From an uncultured Thermoleophilia bacterium (GTDB lineage Bacteria; Actinomycetota; Thermoleophilia; UBA2241), in assembly GCA_963695395.1 (NCBI GenBank), contig CAVOGK010000040.1, positions 17,699 through 81,698 of the forward strand: 64,000 nucleotides of DNA, in the 5' to 3' direction. The notes beneath the pieces are model-generated. The model was not told where the DNA came from. It made no database searches and saw nothing but the letters and a program-made list of their open reading frames with translations. How positions within the stretch are numbered: position 1 is the first letter of the stretch; every line of letters starts with the position of its first letter. The translations under genes and the position numbers were made by a program. Below are positions 8,382 to 16,476 of the stretch, in pieces.

Positions 8382-8754
8382 ATGGCCGACGGGAACAAGG
8401 GAGTGCGTATCGGTGTGATCTCCGACACCCACGGCCACCTCGGCCCCTAGGTCCTCCAGGAGTTCGCCGGCGTCGACCACATCATCCACGCCGGTGACAT
8501 CATGGACGCCGCCACTCTCGAGCGGCAAGGTGGAGGGCCTGGGCACACACGACGAACTCGACCTCGTCGTCTACGGCCACGACCACCTGCCCGCAGTCGC
8601 CTGGGTGGACGGTACGCTGTACCTCAACCCGGGGTCGGCGAGTGCGCCGGACTTCGAGGACGACGATCCCACGATCGCGGTCGTCGAGCCGGGGCCCGCG
8701 GGGCCCGGCGTGCGCTTCGTGCGCATCGCGCGACGTGCCGAGGATGGGAGCTGA
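8382..8754 (+). pseudogene. Decayed YfcE/MJ0936-type metallophosphoesterase
   Basis: GGGAGG RBS plus ATG at 8382. N-terminal motifs are VRIGVISDTHGHLGP, then an in-frame TAG (8448-8450), then VLQEFAGVDHIIHAGDIMD. The C-terminal part (DLVVYGHDHLP...LYLNPGSAS) is in another frame. The central GNxD/HGH segment seems to be missing: the total is only ~125 codons. Confidence 0.7.
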
Positions 8755-8805
8755 GTTGATGACGTGGCGCACATCGACGCGGCATAGGCAGGAGAGACTG
8801 CAAGG

Positions 8806-10053
8806 GTGACGGAATACCGGAAGGGAACCACGATGGAACAGTCGACAGTGAAAAACGCGAAGGATCCAGGCGACCCGCCACCCATGTCCGGATCTCCCTC
8901 GGGCGTCACCCAGATCGTCGTCACCACCGGCACCTTGTGGCGGGCCGTGGCCGTCATCCTCGCGACGCTCGCCGTCCTCTGGGCGCTGGACCAGGCACGC
9001 AGCCTCGCGACCATGCTCGTCATCTCGGTGTTCTTCGCCCTGGCGCTGGTGCCCGGCGTGAACCACCTGCACCAGAAGCGCGGCTGGCGGCGCGGCCTCG
9101 CGGTCGGGGTCATCTACCTTGCCGGCATCGTCCTCCTGTTGCTCCTCGTCGTCGTGCTCATCCCGGCGATCGCCACGCTCGGCAAGCAGATCGCCAGCGA
9201 CGGCAGCGGCTGGATGACCAGCCTCGACGGCTGGCTCGCGGACACCCTCGGCTTCCACCTCGTCGGCAGCCAGGCGTACAAGGACGGCGTGGTGACAGTC
9301 GGCGAGGTCCTCCAGCAGTGGGCGGACAAGCTGCTCCCGGCAGCCGGCCAGGCCGTCTCAACCGGCGCCTCGCTCGTCTTCAACATCGCCACGATCGCCC
9401 TGTTCACGTTCTACCTCGCCGCCGACTTCCCGCAGCTGCAGCGCTCGTTCCTCTCGTGGTTCCGGCCGGTCCACCAGGAACGCATGGGCTGGACCATCGA
9501 CCAGTCGGTGGCCGAGGTCGGCGGCTACCTCTACTCGCGGCTGCTGCTCACGCTCATCAACGGCCTCGGCTTCTTCGCCGTCATGGTCGCCGTCGGGGTG
9601 CCCGTCGGCCTGGCGATCCCGCTCGCCGTGTTCGGCGGCTTCGTCTCTGAGTTCATCCCCAGTGTGGGCACCTACATCGGGGCAGCGATCCCTGTGGTGC
9701 TCACGCTGGCACTGCGGGGCGTCGTGCCGGCGCTCATCGTCGTCGGCTACGCGGTGGTCTATCAGCAGATCGAGAACTACTGGCTGAGCCCGCGGATCAG
9801 CGCGAAGACGATGGAGCTCAACGGCGGCCTCGCGTTCGGCGCCGCGCTCGCCGGCGGCGCCCTGTTCGGCCCCATGGGGGCCTTCATGGCGCTGCCCGTC
9901 GCGGCGCTGATCGTCTCGTTCGTCTCGAACTACCGGCACAGCCACGAGGTCGTCTACGTGTCGCGGTACGGCGAACCCCGGGAAGGACAGGACGCCACGG
10001 GTGCTGCTGCAGGGACGGGTGATACCGGGAGCGGAGCCAGCGCGGAAGCCTAG
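8806..10053 (+). CDS. AI-2E family (PerM/UPF0118) transporter
   Basis: 415-aa polytopic ORF with the typical late conserved block FGGFVSEFIPSVGTYIGAAIPVVL...YQQIENYWLSPRI. Confidence 0.85.
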   Translation: MTEYRKGTTMEQSTVKNAKDPGDPPPMSGSPSGVTQIVVTTGTLWRAVAVILATLAVLWALDQARSLATMLVISVFFALALVPGVNHLHQKRGWRRGLAVGVIYLAGIVLLLLLVVVLIPAIATLGKQIASDGSGWMTSLDGWLADTLGFHLVGSQAYKDGVVTVGEVLQQWADKLLPAAGQAVSTGASLVFNIATIALFTFYLAADFPQLQRSFLSWFRPVHQERMGWTIDQSVAEVGGYLYSRLLLTLINGLGFFAVMVAVGVPVGLAIPLAVFGGFVSEFIPSVGTYIGAAIPVVLTLALRGVVPALIVVGYAVVYQQIENYWLSPRISAKTMELNGGLAFGAALAGGALFGPMGAFMALPVAALIVSFVSNYRHSHEVVYVSRYGEPREGQDATGAAAGTGDTGSGASAEA

Positions 10054-10111
10054 GGAAGTCGGCCGCCACGGGCGAAGGCCTGCCGGCGGCCGGCGCTTCG
10101 CGACACAAGGA

Positions 10112-10188
10112 TGGTGGGCCCAGCAGGACTCGAACCTGCGACCGGCCGATTATGAGTCGGCTGCTCTAACCAGCTGAGCTATAGGCCC
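10112..10188 (-). tRNA. tRNA with CAU anticodon (elongator Met or lysidine-modified Ile2)
   Basis: Reverse complement is GGGCCTATAGCTCAGCTGGTTAGAGCAGCCGACTCATAATCGGCCGGTCGCAGGTTCGAGTCCTGCTGGGCCCACCA. It shows a 7-bp acceptor stem, D and T arms, the anticodon loop CT-CAT-AA and an encoded CCA. Confidence 0.88.
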
Positions 10189-10284
10189 ACGGGCGCGGAG
10201 GCGGCGCATGACGGCGGCGCCGGCGCCGCCCAATGATACGCTCTGCGGGACGGAGAGGGCAGTCCGAGACCGGAGAGGTGACGT

Positions 10285-11448
10285 GTGAGCGATCCCGACC
10301 CCGCGCCACACGCTGAACTCACGCCTCGTGAGTGGCGGACGTCCCAGATCATCCGTGTGACGGCGATCGCGACGCTCACCGTCCTCGTCATCGTGGGCAT
10401 GCTTCAGTTCCTCTTCCAGATCCGCACCATCGTGCTGTGGGCGCTCATCGGCGTGATCCTCGCGATCGCGCTGCAGCCCGCGGTCGGCTGGCTGGTGCGC
10501 CACCGCTGGAATCGCATCGTCGCGTCGCTGCTGGTCTCGTTCGCGACGATCGCCGTGCTCGTCGGCATCGTCATCGCCGTCGCGCTGCCCGTGATCCTCC
10601 AGTCGGACGACTTCATCCGCGCCTTGCCCGGGATCCTGGACAGCCTGCTCGGCACCGGGGGGGAGCTCAACTTCCTCGAGACGCGGTTCCACGTGATCGA
10701 GCGGGTCGCCCAGGTGACGCCGGAGCAGGTCACCAAGGTGATCCTCGGCAACCAGGAAACGATCGTCAGCGCCCTGACCAAGGCCGCCACGGTCGTCGCC
10801 GCGACGATCACCATCCTCACCATCATGGTGATGATGCTCATCGAAGGACCGCGCGCCTGGCGCTCGATCCTCGCGGCGATGGTGGTGGACGAGCGCCGCT
10901 GGGCGGAGCGGATCGGCGAGAACTTCCTGCGCGCGACCGGCGGCTACGTGCGCGGCAACCTCGCGATCAGCTTCGTCGCCGGCATCGCTTCGTACGTCGT
11001 GCTCAGGATCCTGGGCGTGCCGTACGCTGAGACGCTCGCGGTGCTCGTCGCCGTGCTGGACGTCATCCCGCTGGTCGGCGCCACCATCGGAGCCATCATC
11101 GTGTGCATCGTCGGCTTCGCCACAGGAGGGGTCGTCGACGGCGTCGTGCTGGTCGTCTTCTTCGTCGTCTACCAGCAGTTCGAGAACAACGTGCTGCAGA
11201 TCATGGTGTACAGCAAGACGGTGGCGCTGAGCCCGCTGATCGTGTTCCTCGCGGCTCTGGTCGGGGCCGCACTCGGGGGGATCGTCGGCGTGCTGCTCGC
11301 AATCCCGCTCACGTCGGCCGGCTGGGTGCTCGCCGGCGACCTCATCGCCCTCCGGCACTCCCGGGCGGAGCGACAAGGCGGACGCAAGTCGATGGTCAAG
11401 GAGCCTCCGCCCGAGTGCGGGCCGGAGGCCGAGGCCGAAGAAGCCTGA
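10285..11448 (+). CDS. AI-2E family (PerM/UPF0118) transporter, second paralogue
   Basis: 387-aa polytopic ORF (GTG start) with LDVIPLVGATIGAIIV...YQQFENNVLQIMVYSK. Confidence 0.85.
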   Translation: MSDPDPAPHAELTPREWRTSQIIRVTAIATLTVLVIVGMLQFLFQIRTIVLWALIGVILAIALQPAVGWLVRHRWNRIVASLLVSFATIAVLVGIVIAVALPVILQSDDFIRALPGILDSLLGTGGELNFLETRFHVIERVAQVTPEQVTKVILGNQETIVSALTKAATVVAATITILTIMVMMLIEGPRAWRSILAAMVVDERRWAERIGENFLRATGGYVRGNLAISFVAGIASYVVLRILGVPYAETLAVLVAVLDVIPLVGATIGAIIVCIVGFATGGVVDGVVLVVFFVVYQQFENNVLQIMVYSKTVALSPLIVFLAALVGAALGGIVGVLLAIPLTSAGWVLAGDLIALRHSRAERQGGRKSMVKEPPPECGPEAEAEEA

Positions 11449-11478
11449 GGGCCGGGGTCGCGTGCGCGGCCCCGGCCC
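11449..11478. terminator. GC-rich hairpin between convergent genes (candidate bidirectional terminator)
   Basis: Perfect 9-bp stem GGGCCGGGG (11449-11457) / CCCCGGCCC (11470-11478) with a 12-nt loop, starting right after the TGA of the AI-2E gene. No U-tract. Confidence 0.3.
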
Positions 11479-11590
11479 GGGCGCTCCGGCGGAGCCGTCT
11501 CTCTCCACCGAAGCAACTGTGCGTGAGACGGGCGGTCGCCGAATGGCGATCCGCGCGCCGGCGAGCGCGAGGCGCACGCCGGCGCGCGCG

Positions 11591-12538
11591 TCACACGCTC
11601 TTCAGGCGCTCGACGAGCGCCGGCACCACCTCGTAGAGGTCGCCGACCAGGCCGTAGTCGGCCATGGCGAAGATCGGCGCCTCCTTGTCCTTGTTGACGG
11701 CGGCGATCAGCTTGGCGCCGGCCACGCCGACGGTGTGCTGGATCTGGCCGGAGACGCCGACGCTCAGGTAGAGGTCCGGCGCCGTCTTGGCGCCGGAGAG
11801 GCCGATGATGCGATCCTCGCCGAGCCATTCGAAGTCGGCGAGGCTCTTGGTGCAGCCGACGACGGCGCCGAGGGCGCCCGCGAGCTCGTCGCCGAGGGCG
11901 AGGTCCTCGCGGGCGTTGAAGCCGCGCCCGACACCGACGATGAGCGGCGCCGCGTCGAGATTGACGTGGTCGCCTTCCTTGGCGCGCCTGTCGACGACCT
12001 TAACCGTCGAGCTGACGTTGAGACTTGGCGTCTGGACCCCTCCCGCCCCGGCCGTCGCGCCCTCGGCGCTGAACGTCTTGGGCATGACGGCGAACACCTT
12101 GACGGGCGTCGCGATCTTCTCGCGCGCCACGGTGGCGCCGCCGAAGGCGTAGCGTGCGGCGACGAGCTCGCCGCCCTCCGCCGCGAGGCTGTTGACGTCG
12201 GAGACGCAGCCCGCGCCGAGCTTCTGCGCCAGCCGCGGCGCCGTCTCCTTGCCGCGGCGCGTCGAACCGACGAGCACGACGCTCGCGCCGGCCTGCTCGG
12301 CGATCTGCGCCAGGCCGGCGGCCACGGCGTCGGCCGGCCAGCCCTCGAAGGCGGCGTCTTCGCTCACGTACACGGTGTCGGCGCCGGCCGCGGCGAGCTC
12401 GCTCGCCGCGGTTCCGGCTCCCGGGCCCAGCGCCACGGCGCTCACGCCGAGGCCGAGGGCCGCACCCAGTTCCTTACCACCGGCGACCAGTTCGCGGGCG
12501 GTATCGAGTCTCTCGCTGTAGACGAGCAGCTCAGCCAT
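11591..12538 (-). CDS. etfA: Electron transfer flavoprotein alpha subunit (FixB-type)
   Basis: Start at MAELLVYSE (ATG 12538), 315 aa. C-terminal FAD-binding block LYLSVGVSGQIQHTVGVAGAKLIAAVNKDKEAPIF. Confidence 0.9.
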   Translation of the reverse strand: MAELLVYSERLDTARELVAGGKELGAALGLGVSAVALGPGAGTAASELAAAGADTVYVSEDAAFEGWPADAVAAGLAQIAEQAGASVVLVGSTRRGKETAPRLAQKLGAGCVSDVNSLAAEGGELVAARYAFGGATVAREKIATPVKVFAVMPKTFSAEGATAGAGGVQTPSLNVSSTVKVVDRRAKEGDHVNLDAAPLIVGVGRGFNAREDLALGDELAGALGAVVGCTKSLADFEWLGEDRIIGLSGAKTAPDLYLSVGVSGQIQHTVGVAGAKLIAAVNKDKEAPIFAMADYGLVGDLYEVVPALVERLKSV

Positions 12539-12540
12539 CG

Positions 12541-13314
12541 TTACCTCCCCAGGACGCCTTCTTTGATGAGGGCGTTGACGAAGGCGTCGGCCTGCTCGGC
12601 CGCGCTCCCGTCGAACAGGATGTGCTTGCGGTCCTGCTCCTCCGCCAGGTTGCTGACGATCTCGCGCACGGGCGCCGGCGCGTCCAGCCCGAGGTCGGCC
12701 AGCGACCACACCTGCAGCGGCTTGCTCTTGGCCTTCATGATCTGCATGAGGCCGGGGATGCGCGGCTCGTTGATCTCGCTGACCACGGTGACGGCCGCCG
12801 GCAGCGGCGCCTCGAGCGTCTCGATCATGTCGTCCATGCTGCGCTCGCAGCGCACCACGCCGTTCGCGGACTCGACCTTGCGCGCGTAGCCGATCTGCGG
12901 CAGGCCGAGCAGCTCGGCGACGCGAGGGCCGACCTGACCGGTGTAGTTGTCGCTCGAGCCCTCGCCGAAGAGCAGCAGGTCGCAGGCGCCGAGCTTCTCG
13001 ACGGCGGCGGCGAGCGCGACGGCCACCGCCGCCTGGTCGGGCTCGGCCAGCGCCGGATCGTCGATGACGACGGCCTCGTCGGCGCCCATGGCGAGCGCGA
13101 CCTTGATGTCTTCGGCCGCCTTGCGGTTGCCCTCGGCGAGGCACAGGGCGACGACCTTGCCGCCCACGGCGTCGCGCAGCACGACGGCCGCCTCGAGGGC
13201 GTTCTTCTCGAGATCGCCGATCTTGTACGGCACGGCCTCGGTGACCGCCTCGCGATTCTTGATGCGGACCATCTGGAGGTCCGGGTTGGTCTTCACGCAG
13301 ACGACGATGTCCAC
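12541..13314 (-). CDS. etfB: Electron transfer flavoprotein beta subunit (FixA-type)
   Basis: 257 aa, MDIVVCVKTNPD...GEGSSDNYTGQVGPRVAELLGLPQ. Two-nt gap to etfA. Confidence 0.9.
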   Translation of the reverse strand: MDIVVCVKTNPDLQMVRIKNREAVTEAVPYKIGDLEKNALEAAVVLRDAVGGKVVALCLAEGNRKAAEDIKVALAMGADEAVVIDDPALAEPDQAAVAVALAAAVEKLGACDLLLFGEGSSDNYTGQVGPRVAELLGLPQIGYARKVESANGVVRCERSMDDMIETLEAPLPAAVTVVSEINEPRIPGLMQIMKAKSKPLQVWSLADLGLDAPAPVREIVSNLAEEQDRKHILFDGSAAEQADAFVNALIKEGVLGR

Positions 13315-13343
13315 GCTTCACCCCTTTCGTCACGGTCGCCCGT

Positions 13344-13625
13344 TCAGCTCATCCGGTACTGGACCCCGAAGGGGCCGCTCGGGTACTTCCACGTGAGGGC
13401 GCGGTGATCGCAGCAGATCATGCAGGTGCCGCACTCGAGGCAGCCCTCCCAGTTGACGGTCATGCGGCCCTGGTCGTCGCGCTCGTAGAGGTCGGCCGGG
13501 CACACGTAGACGCAGGCCTCGTCCTTGCAGACGGCCTTGCACACGTCGGTGTCGATGACGATGTGCGGCTCCTTGTCGAGCTTGAAGACGTCGAGGCCGA
13601 GCTTGGCGTCGATCTTCATCGGCAT
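13344..13625 (-). CDS. fixX: FixX-type ferredoxin-like protein
   Basis: 93 aa, MPMKIDAKLGLDVFKLD...CKAVCKDEACVYVCPADLY...CLECGTCMICC. GGAGG RBS. It is the last 93 codons of the composite 13344-16619 ORF. Confidence 0.85.
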   Translation of the reverse strand: MPMKIDAKLGLDVFKLDKEPHIVIDTDVCKAVCKDEACVYVCPADLYERDDQGRMTVNWEGCLECGTCMICCDHRALTWKYPSGPFGVQYRMS

Positions 13626-13636
13626 GGCTCCTCCCC

Positions 13637-14927
13637 TCAGATCTTCCGCATCGACCAGGCGTCCTTGACGGTCGCCACGTTCATGAAGTCGCGCCTCGCA
13701 CCCCGCCAGGCCTTCTTGAAGAGGCCGGCCTGCGGCCGCTCGTCGATGGTGTAGATGCTCTCGAGCAGCCGAGAGACGGCCTTCGGGTAGTGCGTGAACA
13801 GGCGCGGGTTCTCCATGAAGTTCGGGATGGCGCGCGCCGTCTCGAGGTCCTTGAGCACGAAGCTCTCGCGCAGGGACGCCTCGTAGCTCGCGAGGCCGGC
13901 GGCCGAGAAGTCGCCGGCCGCCTTTGCCCTCTTGACCGCCTCGGCGGCGTAGTAGCCGCTGGCGATGGCGAAGTCCATGCCGCGCACGGTGACGAGAGCG
14001 TTGAGACTGAGCCCGGCGGTGTCGCCGGCGACCAGGTAGCCGTCGCCGGCGAGCCTGGGCACCTGGCTGATGCCGCCCTCCGGGATGGCGTGCGCCGAGT
14101 ACTCGGCGACTGTGCCGCCGGCGACCAGCGGCCGGATCTGGGGCAGCTCCTTGAACTCGTCGAGGAGCTGCCAGCTCTCCGTGCCGTCGCGCCGGCCGCG
14201 CAGCGCCTCCATCCCCACGACCATGCCGAGCGAGATGCTCTCCTTGTTGGTGTAGAGGAAGCCGCCGCCCATCATGCCCCTGGTGCACTCGCCCATGAAG
14301 AGCTGGGCGGCGCCCTCGCCGGGGTTGAGGTGCCAGCGGTCCTCGATCACGCCCGCCGGCAGCTCGATGATCTCCTTGTAGCCGAGCGCGTGGTGCTTCG
14401 CCTGCGGCTCGGCCGCGAGCCCGGCCGCGCTGCTGAGCAGCCGCAGCACGCCCTCGGCGACGATGACGACGCTGCGCGCCGATCTCGTCGCCGCCGGCGC
14501 GGATGCCGATGATGCGGCCGTCCTTGCGCAGCAGCTCGTCGACCTTCATGTTGGGCACGACCATCGCGCCCTTCTCGGTGACCTTCTCGGCGAGCCACTG
14601 GTCGAGCTTGGCGCGCACGACCGTGTAGCTCTGCGGCCGCTCGCCGGTGAACCGGTCCGAGGCGATCTCGACGGTCGTGTGGGCGCCGGGAGCCATCATC
14701 GTGACCAGCTCGCGCGCCACGGGGCGCTCGAAGGGCGCCTCGTCCCACAGCTCCGGGTAGAGGCCGCGGATGGGCTTCACGTACAGGCGCCCGCCGGTGA
14801 CGTTCTTGGCGCCCGAGTAGTCGCCGCGCTCGAGGACCATGACCTCGACGCCGGCCGACGCCAGGCCGTAGGCCGCGGAGAGGCCGGCGAGGCCGCCACC
14901 GACGACGATGCATTCGACTGTTTCCAT
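13637..14927 (-). CDS. fixC: FixC-type ETF:quinone oxidoreductase-like flavoprotein, one frame break as assembled
   Basis: N-terminal METVECIVVGGGLAGLSAAYGLA (FAD fold) in one frame down to GDEIGA. The continuation SVVIVAEGVLRLLSSAAGL...GYLVAGDTAG is in the frame of ORF 13637-14449. The span is 1291 nt, not a multiple of 3, and the break lies at ~14470-14480. Confidence 0.8.
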
Positions 14928-16186
14928 GTGGCGGCCTCCTCCCGGCCTTCGTCGCAATCCTTGAACGGGTTGTGCGTGTCGCCCCACTCGTCGCGGGCGA
15001 TGATGCCGCGCATGATCATCAGGCCGCCCTCGGCGCCGACCTCGTAGCTCATGACGCCGCGGAGCAGCATCTCGAGCGGCGTCTCCTTGGTGTAGCCGAA
15101 GGCGCCGTGGTACATCATCCCGTGGCGGGCGATGTCGTGGCACAGGGCCGGAGCGAGGCACTTGCAGGTGCTGATGACCTTGTTGATCTCCTTGCGGCCG
15201 AACTGACCTGGGCTGGTGTGCTCCTGGCCGATCATCCAGGCGCCGCGCAGCAGGTTCAGCTTGAGCATGTCGAGCTGCATCCAGTCGTCGGCCATCTCGA
15301 AGCTGATGCCCTCGTTCTTGCCCAGCGGCTTGCCGAAGGTCGTGCGCTGCGCGGTGTACTCGCCGCTGATCTCGAGCGCCTTCTCGGCGCCGCCGAGGCA
15401 GGCCGCGACGACGAGCACGCGGGCGGCGTTGAAGCCGTCCATGTTGACGTAGAAGCCCTTGCCCTCTTCGCCGAGGACGTACTTGCGCGGCAGCTCGACG
15501 TCCTTGTAGATCCAGCCGCCGGTGCTGAGGCCCATGCGGCCCATGTCCTTGTACGTGGTGTAGGTGATGCCGTGCAGGTGGGCGGGCACCCAGATGAAGG
15601 TCATGCCCTTGTGACCCTGCGCGGGGTCGGTCTTGACCAGGGTGCAGTGACCGCTCGGCGGACCCCACTTGGCGCACTCCTTCGGGCCGGAGACGTAGGC
15701 CTTCTCGCCGTTCATGACGAAGGCCTGCTTCTCCTCGTTCCACGGGGCGATCGTCTTGATGGCGCCGAGGTCGGAGCCGCCGCCGGGCTCGGTGGTGTTG
15801 ATGCCGGCGAACGCCTTGCCGGCGGCCACGGCCGGGAGCACTTCCTGCTTCAGCTCGTCGGTGCCGTACCGGTTGATGATGTACGACCAGCCGATGGTGA
15901 GCAGCGTGTAGACGGGCGTGCTCATGCTGAGGTCGGCGCGGGCGATCTCGTGCACGGTGATCATCGCGTAGATGAGGCGCTCGTCGTCGGGGAGCGGCAT
16001 GCCGCCGTACTCCTCCGGGATGGTCACGCCGAACATGCCCAGCTCGGCCATGCCGGCGGTGATGTCGTCCGGGATGCCGTCCTCGGCCTCGTCGATGGCG
16101 CGGGCGCGCGGCTCGAGGTTCTTGGTCAGCCACTCGCGGATGGCCTGACGGTACATCTCCTGCTCGGTGGTGTAGCGGAAGTCCAT
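14777..16186 (-). CDS. Acyl-CoA dehydrogenase family protein (3' end uncertain)
   Basis: The ACAD fold is recognisable throughout (AGINTTEPGGGSDLGAIKT, catalytic-base region VMSYEVGAEGG). The last ~50 codons are Ser/Ala/Arg-rich and overlap the fixC start by 151 nt. Confidence 0.82.
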   Translation of the reverse strand: MDFRYTTEQEMYRQAIREWLTKNLEPRARAIDEAEDGIPDDITAGMAELGMFGVTIPEEYGGMPLPDDERLIYAMITVHEIARADLSMSTPVYTLLTIGWSYIINRYGTDELKQEVLPAVAAGKAFAGINTTEPGGGSDLGAIKTIAPWNEEKQAFVMNGEKAYVSGPKECAKWGPPSGHCTLVKTDPAQGHKGMTFIWVPAHLHGITYTTYKDMGRMGLSTGGWIYKDVELPRKYVLGEEGKGFYVNMDGFNAARVLVVAACLGGAEKALEISGEYTAQRTTFGKPLGKNEGISFEMADDWMQLDMLKLNLLRGAWMIGQEHTSPGQFGRKEINKVISTCKCLAPALCHDIARHGMMYHGAFGYTKETPLEMLLRGVMSYEVGAEGGLMIMRGIIARDEWGDTHNPFKDCDEGREEAATWKQSNASSSVAASPASPRPTAWRRPASRSWSSSAATTRAPRTSPAGACT

Positions 16187-16277
16187 GCAGTTCCCTCCTC
16201 AGGGGACCAGTGTTTGCCGTGGTCTCGGGCCGGAGGAGCCGCGAAGCGGCGGGCCCGGCCGGCCTCGGATGTCCCCG

Positions 16278-16321
16278 GAAACGACGAAGACCCCCAGGGA
16301 CGCCGAAGCGCTCGCTGGGGG
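16278..16321 (-). terminator. Candidate intrinsic terminator downstream of the LAL regulator
   Basis: On the minus strand there is a CCCCCAG...CTGGGGG stem (7 bp, 16291-16321) followed by TCTTCGTCGTTTC. Confidence 0.3.
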
Positions 16322-16476
16322 TCCATGACCTGTAGCGCAGGGGGCGGAGACGGCGCCCGGCTGCGGTCATGTGTGCAGCACCGGCAGCATATGCCCGCGC
16401 GGCGCGGGCGCGCAAGTCCCGGCGTTTCGACAAGGTGGAGGAAGATTCGGCCGGCTGTACGACCCGGCGGCCCGGC

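Noticed and set aside
8448-8450. In-frame TAG as a possible pyrrolysine codon
   Set aside because: The host gene also has an internal deletion and a frame shift. The position is not a catalytic site known to use Pyl. No pylT/S/B/C/D is in the window, and both methylamine-methyltransferase homologues here are TAG-free.
10150-11577. 475-aa minus-strand ORF
   Set aside because: It is antisense to the second AI-2E permease. The translation is highly charged, Asp/Arg/His-rich and low-complexity, with no recognisable domain.
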